Both the position numbers and the translations under genes were made by a program. Under the pieces are notes generated by a model. It did not search any database and was not told where the DNA came from. It saw only the letters and a list, made by a program, of their open reading frames with translations. From positions 2,984 to 66,983 of the forward strand of contig CAYJQV010000004.1 in the NCBI GenBank assembly GCA_964372395.1: DNA of 64,000 nucleotides. The letters run 5' to 3'. This DNA is from an uncultured Planctomycetia bacterium (lineage in GTDB: Bacteria > Omnitrophota > Gorgyraeia > 1-14-0-20-64-10). Of the stretch, positions 33,414-41,529 are shown piece after piece (position 1 is the stretch's first letter; each line of letters opens with the position of its first letter).

Positions 33414-34493
33414 CTAGAGCTGGCGCAGCAGCAGGGCCGTGAGCAGGCCGAGGTACGTCCCCAGGATGTTCCCGAAGATCGCCATGAGGAGGCCCGCGGT
33501 GGCCAGCCGGGGTGAGAAGGTGGCTCCGACGATCGGCGCCGAGATGGTGCCGCCGATGTTGGCCTGCGAGGCGGTGGCGATGAGCCCCAGGGGCGCCCGG
33601 AGAAGGCAGCCCGCAAGGAGCAGGACCGCCCCGTGGATGGCGATCCAGGTCACCCCCAGCGCGAGAAAGACGGGGGCGGCGGTGACGGCGGTCAGATCGG
33701 CTCGGGCCCCGATGGAGGCGAGCAGCACGTACAGGGCAAGGGTCCCCAGCCGCGGCAGAGCCCCTTGGCCCAGCGTGCGGGCGGCTGTCCCTGAAAGCAG
33801 AAGGGCGAACGTGGTCACGAGCAGGACGGTCCAGGTGGGGGCTGTGATAACCCTGCCGACCGGAGGCAGCCTCTGAGCCAGAGATTGGGCCGCCCAGGAG
33901 ACCGCCAGGCCGAGGCCAATTCCCAGGGCCAGATTCCTGGCGGAGCGGGAGGCGCCGCTCTCGTGGCTGGTCCGCCGCGCGGTTTCCTCGTCTGTTTCCG
34001 GCATGACCCCGCGCCAGACCCACTTTTCCTGCAACCCGGCGCTGGCGATGAGGAGCGCCATCCAGCTGTAGGCCACCGCGGCATCCACGACCACGATGGG
34101 ACCGATGAGGGAATCCGGCACCTGCAGCGCCTCCTTGATCGCCAGCAGATTCGCAGAGCCCCCGATCCAGCTGGCCGATAGGGCACCCACCGCTCCCCAG
34201 GCGCCGGCGGGCAGCCAGGCCCTGTAGAGGGAAAAGCTCACCAGGGCTCCGATCACGGTGCCGGCGGAACCGGCCAGCATGACGAGCAGCGCCTTTCTTC
34301 CGAGAGCCGCCATGGACGCGAGGTCGGTTCCCAACAGGAGGAAGACGAGACAGATCGGCAGGAGCTGCTCGGAGAGGAGGGGGTAGGCGGGATGGCTTCT
34401 CGGGATCCAGCCCGCCGCGCTGGCCAGCATCGGCAGGAAGTAGCACCAGAACGGGACCGGTATCCGGCGCAGGATTCGAGGCAGAGAATTCAT
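33414..34493 (-). CDS. DUF819-family integral membrane protein
   Basis: 359 aa with ~10 TM helices. Confidence 0.55.
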   Translation of the reverse strand: MNSLPRILRRIPVPFWCYFLPMLASAAGWIPRSHPAYPLLSEQLLPICLVFLLLGTDLASMAALGRKALLVMLAGSAGTVIGALVSFSLYRAWLPAGAWGAVGALSASWIGGSANLLAIKEALQVPDSLIGPIVVVDAAVAYSWMALLIASAGLQEKWVWRGVMPETDEETARRTSHESGASRSARNLALGIGLGLAVSWAAQSLAQRLPPVGRVITAPTWTVLLVTTFALLLSGTAARTLGQGALPRLGTLALYVLLASIGARADLTAVTAAPVFLALGVTWIAIHGAVLLLAGCLLRAPLGLIATASQANIGGTISAPIVGATFSPRLATAGLLMAIFGNILGTYLGLLTALLLRQL

Positions 34494-35578
34494 GGGCCCG
34501 GAAAGGGGAACTCCACGCCGGTCCCCGGTCGAGTGGGGCAGACCCCCAGGCGAGCCCCTCGGGCCGAGAAGCCGGGGCGGCAGCGCGGGGAGACGACCAG
34601 GAGGTGCGAGTCCAGGTCAACGAAGTTGAAGGCGCCGGATCCGCAGGCCAGGGCGACACTGTGCGAGAGGCCGATCGCCGATTCCGCCATGCATCCGATC
34701 ATGAGCGTTCTCTGAGCCGCCCGGGCCCGCCCGATGATCTGGATCGCACCCATCAGGCCGCACTTGGCCAGCTTCACGTTGATCACCGAGACCCACCGCC
34801 GGCGCAGAAGCCGCAGCGTCTCCTCCACGGTCCGGGCCGATTCGTCCGCGGCGACCGGGATGAGCCCTTCCATTTCCACCCGGCGCAGGCCCTCCGGATC
34901 GGAGCGCGGGACCGGCTGTTCGAACAGCCGGACCGGCAACCGCTGCTGGCGCAGGAAAAGGCAGAATCGGATCGCCTCCAAAGCGGAGAATCCCTGGTTG
35001 CCGTCCATCCAGAGGGCCGCGCGTGGGGCGACGCGGTGAACCGCGACCAGCCTGCGGAGGTCCTGGTCGATGTCCCGGCCGGTGACCTTCACCTTGAGCC
35101 GGCGGAAGCCGGCGCGGGCCACCCGGCGCGCGAAGCGTGCGGCAACCTCCGGCTCCCAGGCGGAGATCGTGATGCCCGTGGTGACGGAACGCCGCCGCCC
35201 ACCCAGCCAGCGCCAGAGGGGCAGACCCGCCGCGCGGGTGTAGGCATCGATGAGCGCGCATTCCAGCGCCGAGGCCGCTGCCGGCTGTTCCCCCGCTTGC
35301 TGCCAGAGGCGATGAAGCCGTCGGCGAAAGGAGGAGATCGGCTGCCCCATGAGCGTCGGGATGAGGGGCCGCAGCGCCTTGACCATCGATCCTTGCGTCT
35401 CCTCCGGCCAGGCGAGGGAGGCGGAGGCCTCCCCGTAGCCGGTCGTCCCATTCGACAGCCGCACGGCCACCAGGAGATTCCGGCTTTCCCATTTCTCACC
35501 GAGGGCCGTGACGAACGGCTGGCGCAGGGGCAGATGGAGGGGCAGCAGCCCCACGCCGGCGATCCGCGGGGCAGTCAC
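34490..35578 (-). CDS. mandelate racemase/muconate lactonizing enzyme family protein, dipeptide (L-Ala-D/L-Glu) epimerase-like
   Basis: GTG start overlapping the NlpC/P60 stop (GTGA). KVKV catalytic lysines, metal ligands (...WMDGNQG..., ...AADES..., ...DLDS...), second Lys in ...INVKLAKCG.... Confidence 0.7.
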   Translation of the reverse strand: MTAPRIAGVGLLPLHLPLRQPFVTALGEKWESRNLLVAVRLSNGTTGYGEASASLAWPEETQGSMVKALRPLIPTLMGQPISSFRRRLHRLWQQAGEQPAAASALECALIDAYTRAAGLPLWRWLGGRRRSVTTGITISAWEPEVAARFARRVARAGFRRLKVKVTGRDIDQDLRRLVAVHRVAPRAALWMDGNQGFSALEAIRFCLFLRQQRLPVRLFEQPVPRSDPEGLRRVEMEGLIPVAADESARTVEETLRLLRRRWVSVINVKLAKCGLMGAIQIIGRARAAQRTLMIGCMAESAIGLSHSVALACGSGAFNFVDLDSHLLVVSPRCRPGFSARGARLGVCPTRPGTGVEFPFPGP

Positions 35579-36540
35579 CGAAGATAGCTCCCGAACCAGA
35601 CACGGCGGTTGCCTGCCTGTCTGAGCCACTCCTCCAGTGAGATCTCCCGCACCCGCTGCCCTGTGCCGGGGCCCTCGATCACCTTTCCATCGCCCGCGTA
35701 AAGTGCGACATGGCTGATCCGATCCGGTTTTTCCGGATCGGAGAGAAAGAGCAGATCGGCCGGCTGCAGCTCCTCGCGCCCGATCTGCCGCGCCTTCATC
35801 CACTGTTCGTGCGCATCCCGCGGGATCTGGACACCGGCGGCCTGATGGACCAGCCCGACAAGGCCGGAGCAGTCGACTGCGGTGTGCGGCGGGCCGACGG
35901 CACCGGGATCGTGCGCCGATCGCCCCCCCCAGTAGTAGGGATCGCCGAGGAAGAGGCGCGCCAACCGGACGATCTCCTCCCGGGCGGGAAATTGGTCCGC
36001 AGCGTTCAGGGCGCCGGGCTCCCGCGCCTCCTTCTCCCGGAGCCAGCCGGCGGTGCCGTCCAGCAACCGGATCTTCCGCCAGCCGCCGTGGGACGTCCCC
36101 ATCAGCCGCGTTCCGAGGGAGAGGGAAAGCAATGCGGCCGCCCGGCCGTTCGGGGCAGAGCGCACCTGCGCGATTTTCGCGAGGACCACCAGATTGAAGA
36201 GCCAGCCCTTCTGCTCCTCCACCAGATCGGAAAGCCGGACCCAGCCCGGATACCCTTCCCACTGCCCGTTGTGGGTCCATTCCAGCTGGTCCACAGCAGC
36301 CACGCGGGCCCAGCCTCCACGGATCTCCTGCACCCGGACCGGGTCGCCGTAGAGGAGCTGGCTTTCCTCCAGCGGATCGTGCTCCAGCGTGGGCCCCGGT
36401 TCCCCGGGCTCGCGGCGCAGATCGGCCACGGGCACGGCGACCCGCGCCCGGTACAGGAAAGGTTCCTCGGCATTCGCAAGGGGGGATCGAAGCAGCAGCG
36501 CGAGAAGAGCGAGGCCGAGGCAGATCCGCATGGGCTTCAT
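35575..36540 (-). CDS. NlpC/P60 family peptidase with SH3b domains (gamma-D-Glu-L-Lys endopeptidase, YkfC-like)
   Basis: Signal peptide. Two SH3b-like domains. C-terminal ...AVDCSGLVGLVH...H...H... Cys-His-His catalytic triad. Confidence 0.75.
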   Translation of the reverse strand: MKPMRICLGLALLALLLRSPLANAEEPFLYRARVAVPVADLRREPGEPGPTLEHDPLEESQLLYGDPVRVQEIRGGWARVAAVDQLEWTHNGQWEGYPGWVRLSDLVEEQKGWLFNLVVLAKIAQVRSAPNGRAAALLSLSLGTRLMGTSHGGWRKIRLLDGTAGWLREKEAREPGALNAADQFPAREEIVRLARLFLGDPYYWGGRSAHDPGAVGPPHTAVDCSGLVGLVHQAAGVQIPRDAHEQWMKARQIGREELQPADLLFLSDPEKPDRISHVALYAGDGKVIEGPGTGQRVREISLEEWLRQAGNRRVWFGSYLR

Positions 36541-36586
36541 TATCCCACCGGGGCCCAAGCGGCGGGATTATAATGGGACCGTTGCC

Positions 36587-37384
36587 ATGCGCCGGATTTC
36601 CGTCCTCGCGATCTCAGCCCTTCTTTATTCTTCCCTTTTCCCGCGCCCGGTTTTCCCCCTGAACCTGGATCGTCTGGACGCCGAGGAGCTCCGCTTGAGG
36701 GAATCGATCATGAGGCGGCTCGTTCCGCTCGCCGACCGGCGCAGGCAAGAGGGAACCGCACCCCTCATCACCTTCGAGGAGCTGTACGCGGGCCTGAGCC
36801 AGCGGGAGATCGAGTTCCTCGAGCAGTTCCGCCGGGTGGACCCGGCGGAGGTGGGCGGCTCCAGCCGGCGGCTTCCGCCGCCAGCGGCCGACAGCGAATT
36901 CGTCCGGCTGGACCGGCAGGTGGTCCTGCGCGAGGGCAAGCCGATCCGGCTCGATGCACAGTATCTGCCGCGGACAGCGCACGAGGCGTACCGCCGGATG
37001 ATGGCGGCCATGGAGGAGGATCTCGGCAAGCGGCTGCTGGTCGAGTCCGGATACCGCTCCCCGGCCTATCAGCTCTACCTCTTCCTCTACTACATGCCAA
37101 AGCACGGCCACTCCGTCCGGGAGACCAACCGCCACGTCGCCCTGCCCGGGTGCAGCGAGCATGGGAGCCCCGATTTTCAGGCGATCGACTTCATCACCCC
37201 GGAGGGGGTGAACGGCGAGGATCGGCCGGAGGAGTTCGAGGAGCTGCAGGAGTACGGCTGGCTGCGGGCTCGCGCGCGGGAGTTCGGCTTTCGCCTGTCG
37301 TACCCTCGCGGCGGTCCCTCCGCATTCGAGCCATGGCACTGGCATTGGGAGAAAGGGAACTTTTCGGAAAGGGACTTTCCATGA
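36587..37384 (+). CDS. peptidase M15 family (VanY-like D-Ala-D-Ala / L,D-carboxypeptidase), secreted
   Basis: Signal peptide MRRISVLAISALLYSSLF. ...SGYRSPAYQ... and ...HGSPDFQAIDF... are Zn-ligand motifs. Confidence 0.7.
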   Translation: MRRISVLAISALLYSSLFPRPVFPLNLDRLDAEELRLRESIMRRLVPLADRRRQEGTAPLITFEELYAGLSQREIEFLEQFRRVDPAEVGGSSRRLPPPAADSEFVRLDRQVVLREGKPIRLDAQYLPRTAHEAYRRMMAAMEEDLGKRLLVESGYRSPAYQLYLFLYYMPKHGHSVRETNRHVALPGCSEHGSPDFQAIDFITPEGVNGEDRPEEFEELQEYGWLRARAREFGFRLSYPRGGPSAFEPWHWHWEKGNFSERDFP

Positions 37385-38943
37385 AGCCGGTGTCTCCCAA
37401 GGCGGAGCGCCCCAGCCTTTCCTGGAAGGGGCTGTACAAGGAGGCGGCGCTCTACCAAGCGGCGCTGAAGCTTTACACCAAGGCCCTCTTCCAGTGGAGG
37501 AAAGCCCTCTCCACCTCCTCCGATGGGAAGACGCTCTACGATTTTGCCCGGACGGGTCTGGAGCGCTTGGATTCGGTTCATGGAAGGCTCGAGTCTGCCA
37601 CGTTCCACTTCCGCGCGGGGACCGCCCGCACCCACAACTTCAACGGAAAGATCCGAACGCTGTACATCTATCCATGGGAGGAAAAGGTGGTGGATCTGCT
37701 GCTCTACCGGCTGATGAATGCGAAATTCCACGCCCTTTTTTCACCCTGCTCTTACGCCTACCGGTGGCGCGGGTACGGCGTAGACCTCTGCCAGAGGCGC
37801 CTCGCGTCCCAGATCGGACGGAAGGGCAAGCCCCTCTATCTCTTCAAGCGGGACATTGCCAGGTTCTTCGATTCCATCGACCATTCGATTTTGCTGGAGC
37901 GGCTCTCCGAATACGTCCCGCAGGAGGATTACCTCTGGCAGCTTCTCCGGCAGCGGGTGGAGTTTCCCTATGAAGCAGGCGGGCGGATCGTACGGGCGGC
38001 GCAGGGGGTTCCTTTCGGGACCCCGGTGGCCTGTTTCTTTGCGAACCTGTATCTGACGTGGCTGGACCGCCAGCTGGACCAGCGAAAGGGCCTGGCGTAC
38101 TTCCGCTATGCAGATGACCTGATCGGGATCGGATCCGATCCCGATGTGGTGCTGGCTGCGGCCGACTGCTGCGACCGGATGCTGGAGGAGCTGAAACTCT
38201 CCGTCAAGCCGAGCCAGTTTCTGCAGGGAGTTGTCTGCGCCACCCCGACGGAGCGCCCGCCCTTTGCCTGGATCACAAGGTTCAGGCACCTGGGACTGGA
38301 ATTTCGGTGCGATGGCCGCACAGGCCTTTCGAGGGACAAGAGGCGGAAGATCTGCAACCTTTTCCAGTATGCCTTCCGCCGCAAGGCAGGGCGGTTTCGC
38401 AAGATTTCCTCTCCGCAAAAGCGGGCCGAGCTGGCGGTGGAGATCGCCCGAAGGGTTCTGGACCAGCAGCTCCGGCACGTCAGCATCATCGACTACTACC
38501 TCAGGCACGTCCGGGATGAAGAGCAACTGCGGCAGATCGACCGGTGGCTGGCGGAGGAGGTTCTCTCCATCTCTCTGGGCGGGCACCGAAGGGGACATTT
38601 TCGTCGGATCTCCTTCCGGCGGTTGCGCGAGATGGGCCTGCCCTGCCTACGGCACCGCAGCCGCCTGATCCGCCACGGCCAGATCAAAACCTCCTTCTTC
38701 CGTTGGAAGGAGTATCAGCAACAGAAGGCAAAGCGAGGGGGATGGCGCCAGGCTGGAGGTCGGAAAAACCCCAGCCTTTTCCCCGTGCCTGGAAGCATCC
38801 GCCGCGAGCACCCCGTGGGAGAGGGAGGCGGACTGTCGACAGGCGGTATTGAAGACAGATTCGCTGAAGCGAATCTGTCGTTGTCCTGCCATCCCCCTTC
38901 GCTTCCATCCAAGAGAGAGGAGCCGACCGATGGGGCTTCTTGA
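37381..38943 (+). CDS. reverse transcriptase (RNA-directed DNA polymerase), retron / group-II-intron-like lineage, free-standing
   Basis: ATGA overlap with the M15 stop. RT motifs 1/2 (RTLYIYPWEEKVVDLLLYRLMN; SYAYRWRGYG), motif A (LFKRDIARFFDSIDHSILL), motif B (QGVPFGTPVACFFANLYL), motif C FRYADDLIGIG (YADD at 38107-38118), motifs 6/7 (LKLSVKPSQF...FRHLGLEF). No En/HNH or maturase-intron context. The C-terminal ~100 aa is low-complexity and may be non-coding. Confidence 0.85.
   Translation: MKPVSPKAERPSLSWKGLYKEAALYQAALKLYTKALFQWRKALSTSSDGKTLYDFARTGLERLDSVHGRLESATFHFRAGTARTHNFNGKIRTLYIYPWEEKVVDLLLYRLMNAKFHALFSPCSYAYRWRGYGVDLCQRRLASQIGRKGKPLYLFKRDIARFFDSIDHSILLERLSEYVPQEDYLWQLLRQRVEFPYEAGGRIVRAAQGVPFGTPVACFFANLYLTWLDRQLDQRKGLAYFRYADDLIGIGSDPDVVLAAADCCDRMLEELKLSVKPSQFLQGVVCATPTERPPFAWITRFRHLGLEFRCDGRTGLSRDKRRKICNLFQYAFRRKAGRFRKISSPQKRAELAVEIARRVLDQQLRHVSIIDYYLRHVRDEEQLRQIDRWLAEEVLSISLGGHRRGHFRRISFRRLREMGLPCLRHRSRLIRHGQIKTSFFRWKEYQQQKAKRGGWRQAGGRKNPSLFPVPGSIRREHPVGEGGGLSTGGIEDRFAEANLSLSCHPPSLPSKREEPTDGAS
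38854..38879 (+). ncRNA. perfect 11-bp stem / 4-nt loop hairpin (GACAGATTCGC-TGAA-GCGAATCTGTC), candidate structured RNA element at the RT / Zn-ribbon junction
   Basis: Seen directly. The lower-GC, non-coding-looking stretch 38700-38930 surrounds it. Confidence 0.35.
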
Positions 38944-39436
38944 CCGATTGAAGAGAATCGCGCTCTGTCCGGAGTGCCGCTCCAAAGGCGCTGTACGGGA
39001 CTGGAAGGGGGCAGTCCGGTGCCGCAGGCCGGGTTGTCGCCACTACGATTCGAGCCTTTTGAAGGAGGGAAGGCCGTTCGACGTATCCCACCCTGTTGCC
39101 AGGAGAAGTCATACCGGTTCCTTCGATCCAGGGCCACACGGCGTGATGATCCGGTACAGGAACTTCGAGGGGGATGACGTGGAATTCGAAGGGGGCCGCA
39201 GGACGGTGCGTTTTCGGAAGGCCCATATTTCCGTGCGCGCAGCTCCGACCGGGCGACGGATCTCCCTGGCGAAGAAGTTCATCGAAAATCTGTCGGACCT
39301 CAAGCCCAACCCGGCCTTCCCTGTGCCAGAGCCGAGCCGGGTCGAGCGCCAAATCCTGGCGTTCCACCACAGAAGGGGGAGCACATCGCCGCGCTACGAG
39401 GAGTTGCGCCGGAAGTATCCCAGTTGGACCCCGTGA
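38930..39436 (+). CDS. zinc-ribbon hypothetical protein co-transcribed with the RT
   Basis: AGAGAGGAG RBS. CPEC...CRRPGC Zn ribbon at the N-terminus. 14-nt overlap with the RT ORF end. Confidence 0.55.
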   Translation: MGLLDRLKRIALCPECRSKGAVRDWKGAVRCRRPGCRHYDSSLLKEGRPFDVSHPVARRSHTGSFDPGPHGVMIRYRNFEGDDVEFEGGRRTVRFRKAHISVRAAPTGRRISLAKKFIENLSDLKPNPAFPVPEPSRVERQILAFHHRRGSTSPRYEELRRKYPSWTP

Positions 39437-40770
39437 CGGAACCGCCGGCCCATTCGCTGAAGCGAGCGCTTGGCCTGTGGGACGCGACGGCGCTGGTGGT
39501 CGGCTGCGTGATCGGGGCGGGGATCTTCCGCACCGCCGGCTCGATCGCGGCGCAGCTGCATTCGCCGGGGCTCTTCATGGCGGTCTGGCTGGCGGGCGGC
39601 GTCATCTCCTTCGCCGGGGCCCTCTGCTACGCGGAGCTGGGGGCGGCCTACCCGAAGACCGGCGGGGACTACGTCTACCTGCAGGAGGCCTACGGGCGGC
39701 CGACCGGTTTCGTCTTCGGCTGGGCGAAGCTCTTCACCGAGCGGATCGGAACGATCGCGATCCTGGCGATGGTCTTTGCGGAATACCTGGGATCGAGCGG
39801 CCTGTACGGGCAAACGGCGGTGCGCTGGGTCGCCACGGGCGCGGTCATTCTGCTCACCACGGCCAACGTGGTGGGGGTGCAGGTGGGCAAGAATGTCCAG
39901 AACGTGTTCACCGCACTCAAGCTGGCGGCGATTCTTGGGATCATTGGGATCGGATTTTTCGCCAGCGGGGCCGGGTGGGCGCCGGCGGTTCCGGCCGCTT
40001 CCGCTGCGACGGAGGATGTCCCATGGCGCGCTTTTGGGGTGGCCCTTGTCTTCGTCCTCTGGACCTACGGCGGCTGGACCGAGTCGGCTTATGTCGCGGA
40101 GGAGATCCACGATCCCCACCGGAACCTCCCCTGGTCGATCCTGCTGGGGCTGGGGATTGTCACAGCGCTGTACCTGGCGGTCAACTGGGTTTACCTCTGC
40201 GCGATTCCGTTGGAGGAGATGCCGGGCCGGCCGCTGGTGGCGGCCGAGGTGATGCAGAAAGCGGTCGGCCCTGTGGGGGCCCGGGTGACGGCGCTCATGG
40301 TAGCCGCCTCTGCCTTCGGAGCGCTCAACGGCTACATCATGACCGGCGGGAGGATCCTGCTGGCCCTCGGCCAGGATCATCCGCTGTTCCGACAGTTGGG
40401 GGGGATTCACCCGAGGTTCCTCACCCCGGCGCGTGCCCTCCTCTTCAGCGCCCTGGGCGCGATGGCCATGCTTTGGATCGGCACCTTTGACCAGATCGTG
40501 ACCTACTCCACGGTGGCGATCTCCCTCTTCTTCGCTCTGGGGGCCTTCAGCGTTGTGGTGCTGCGGGTGAAAGACCCAGCCCGGCCCCGGCCGTACCGGG
40601 TGTGGGGTTATCCTCTCACCCCGCTCTTCTTCGTCGCGGCGATGGCCTTCTTCATCGCCGATGTGACCTGGATGCAGCCGAAGGAAACCCTCTTTGGATT
40701 TGGGCTCACGCTCCTGGGGATCCCGGTGTACCTCTGGTCGCGGCGGCTGGAAAAGGAGCGGCGGGGGTGA
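39424..40770 (+). CDS. APC-family amino acid permease
   Basis: 12 TM helices. ...GAGIFRTAGSIAAQ... APC signature. TTG/GTG start. Confidence 0.8.
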   Translation: MDPVTEPPAHSLKRALGLWDATALVVGCVIGAGIFRTAGSIAAQLHSPGLFMAVWLAGGVISFAGALCYAELGAAYPKTGGDYVYLQEAYGRPTGFVFGWAKLFTERIGTIAILAMVFAEYLGSSGLYGQTAVRWVATGAVILLTTANVVGVQVGKNVQNVFTALKLAAILGIIGIGFFASGAGWAPAVPAASAATEDVPWRAFGVALVFVLWTYGGWTESAYVAEEIHDPHRNLPWSILLGLGIVTALYLAVNWVYLCAIPLEEMPGRPLVAAEVMQKAVGPVGARVTALMVAASAFGALNGYIMTGGRILLALGQDHPLFRQLGGIHPRFLTPARALLFSALGAMAMLWIGTFDQIVTYSTVAISLFFALGAFSVVVLRVKDPARPRPYRVWGYPLTPLFFVAAMAFFIADVTWMQPKETLFGFGLTLLGIPVYLWSRRLEKERRG

Positions 40771-41471
40771 GCAGGGGGCGGCTGGGATTGGCGGGGGTTC
40801 TTCTCACGCTGGTTCCGGCGCTGGCGGCCGCGGCCGACCCGGACGAATTCGTCCGCCAGCGCGAGGCGATGGTGGCCGAGCAGATCGAGGCGCGCGGGGT
40901 GAAGGATCCCGGCGTGCTTGATGCGATGCGAACGGTTCCGCGGCACGAGTTTGTTCCGGAGTCGCTGCGCGCGGCCGCGTACCAGGACTCCCCGCTTCCC
41001 ATCGGCGAGGGGCAGACGATCTCCCAGCCGTACATCGTGGCCCTCATGACGGAGCTGGCCGAGGTGGGCCCGCAGGACAAGGCACTCGAGATCGGCACCG
41101 GATCCGGGTACCAGGCTGCGGTGCTGGCGGAGCTCACCCCGCGGCTCTTCACGATCGAGATCCTGCCGGCCCTGGCAGCCCGGGCCGAGGCGACCCTCAG
41201 GCGGCTCGGCTACACCCGCGTGAGGGTGCGCGTGGGGGACGGCTACCTCGGCTGGCCGGAGGAGGCGCCGTTCGATGCGATCCTGGTGACCGCCGCCCCG
41301 GATCACATCCCCCAGCCGCTCGTGGACCAGCTGGCGGAGGGCGGGGTGCTGGTGATCCCGGTCGGGCCGGAGGGCCGGACGCAAGAGCTGAAGCGTCTCC
41401 GGAAGCAAGAAGGCCGCGTGGTTGAAGAGGAGGTCATCCCCGTCATCTTCGTTCCCTTGGTTCGGCAGTAG
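40767..41471 (+). CDS. pcm: protein-L-isoaspartate O-methyltransferase, apparently with N-terminal signal peptide
   Basis: GTGA overlap with the permease stop. N-terminal hydrophobic segment VSRGRLGLAGVLLTLVPALAAAA. ...TISQPYIVALM... and ...EIGTGSGYQAAVLA... are PCMT motifs. Confidence 0.8.
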   Translation: MSRGRLGLAGVLLTLVPALAAAADPDEFVRQREAMVAEQIEARGVKDPGVLDAMRTVPRHEFVPESLRAAAYQDSPLPIGEGQTISQPYIVALMTELAEVGPQDKALEIGTGSGYQAAVLAELTPRLFTIEILPALAARAEATLRRLGYTRVRVRVGDGYLGWPEEAPFDAILVTAAPDHIPQPLVDQLAEGGVLVIPVGPEGRTQELKRLRKQEGRVVEEEVIPVIFVPLVRQ

Positions 41472-41529
41472 CAGGGCATGCTATACTGTCGTCCATGCCG
41501 CACCTGTGGCGGGGTAGCCAGCCAGCTGA

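Noticed and set aside
34490-36280. 596-aa minus-strand ORF
   Set aside because: Only the C-terminal 362 aa is the dipeptide epimerase. The N-terminal part is out of frame with the genuine NlpC/P60 gene (35575-36540).
37150-37380. Upstream in-frame extension of the RT ORF (M at 37150)
   Set aside because: It would overlap the M15 peptidase gene in another frame. The ATG at 37381 with ATGA coupling gives a sensible RT N-terminus.
37381-38943. Group II intron or diversity-generating retroelement as the context of the RT
   Set aside because: The upstream flank is continuous M15 peptidase coding sequence, so there is no room for intron domains I-IV. There is no endonuclease domain. RT motif 4 is QGxxxxP rather than the DGR-type SQ. 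No obvious TR/VR duplicate was seen by eye. This cannot be fully excluded without computation.
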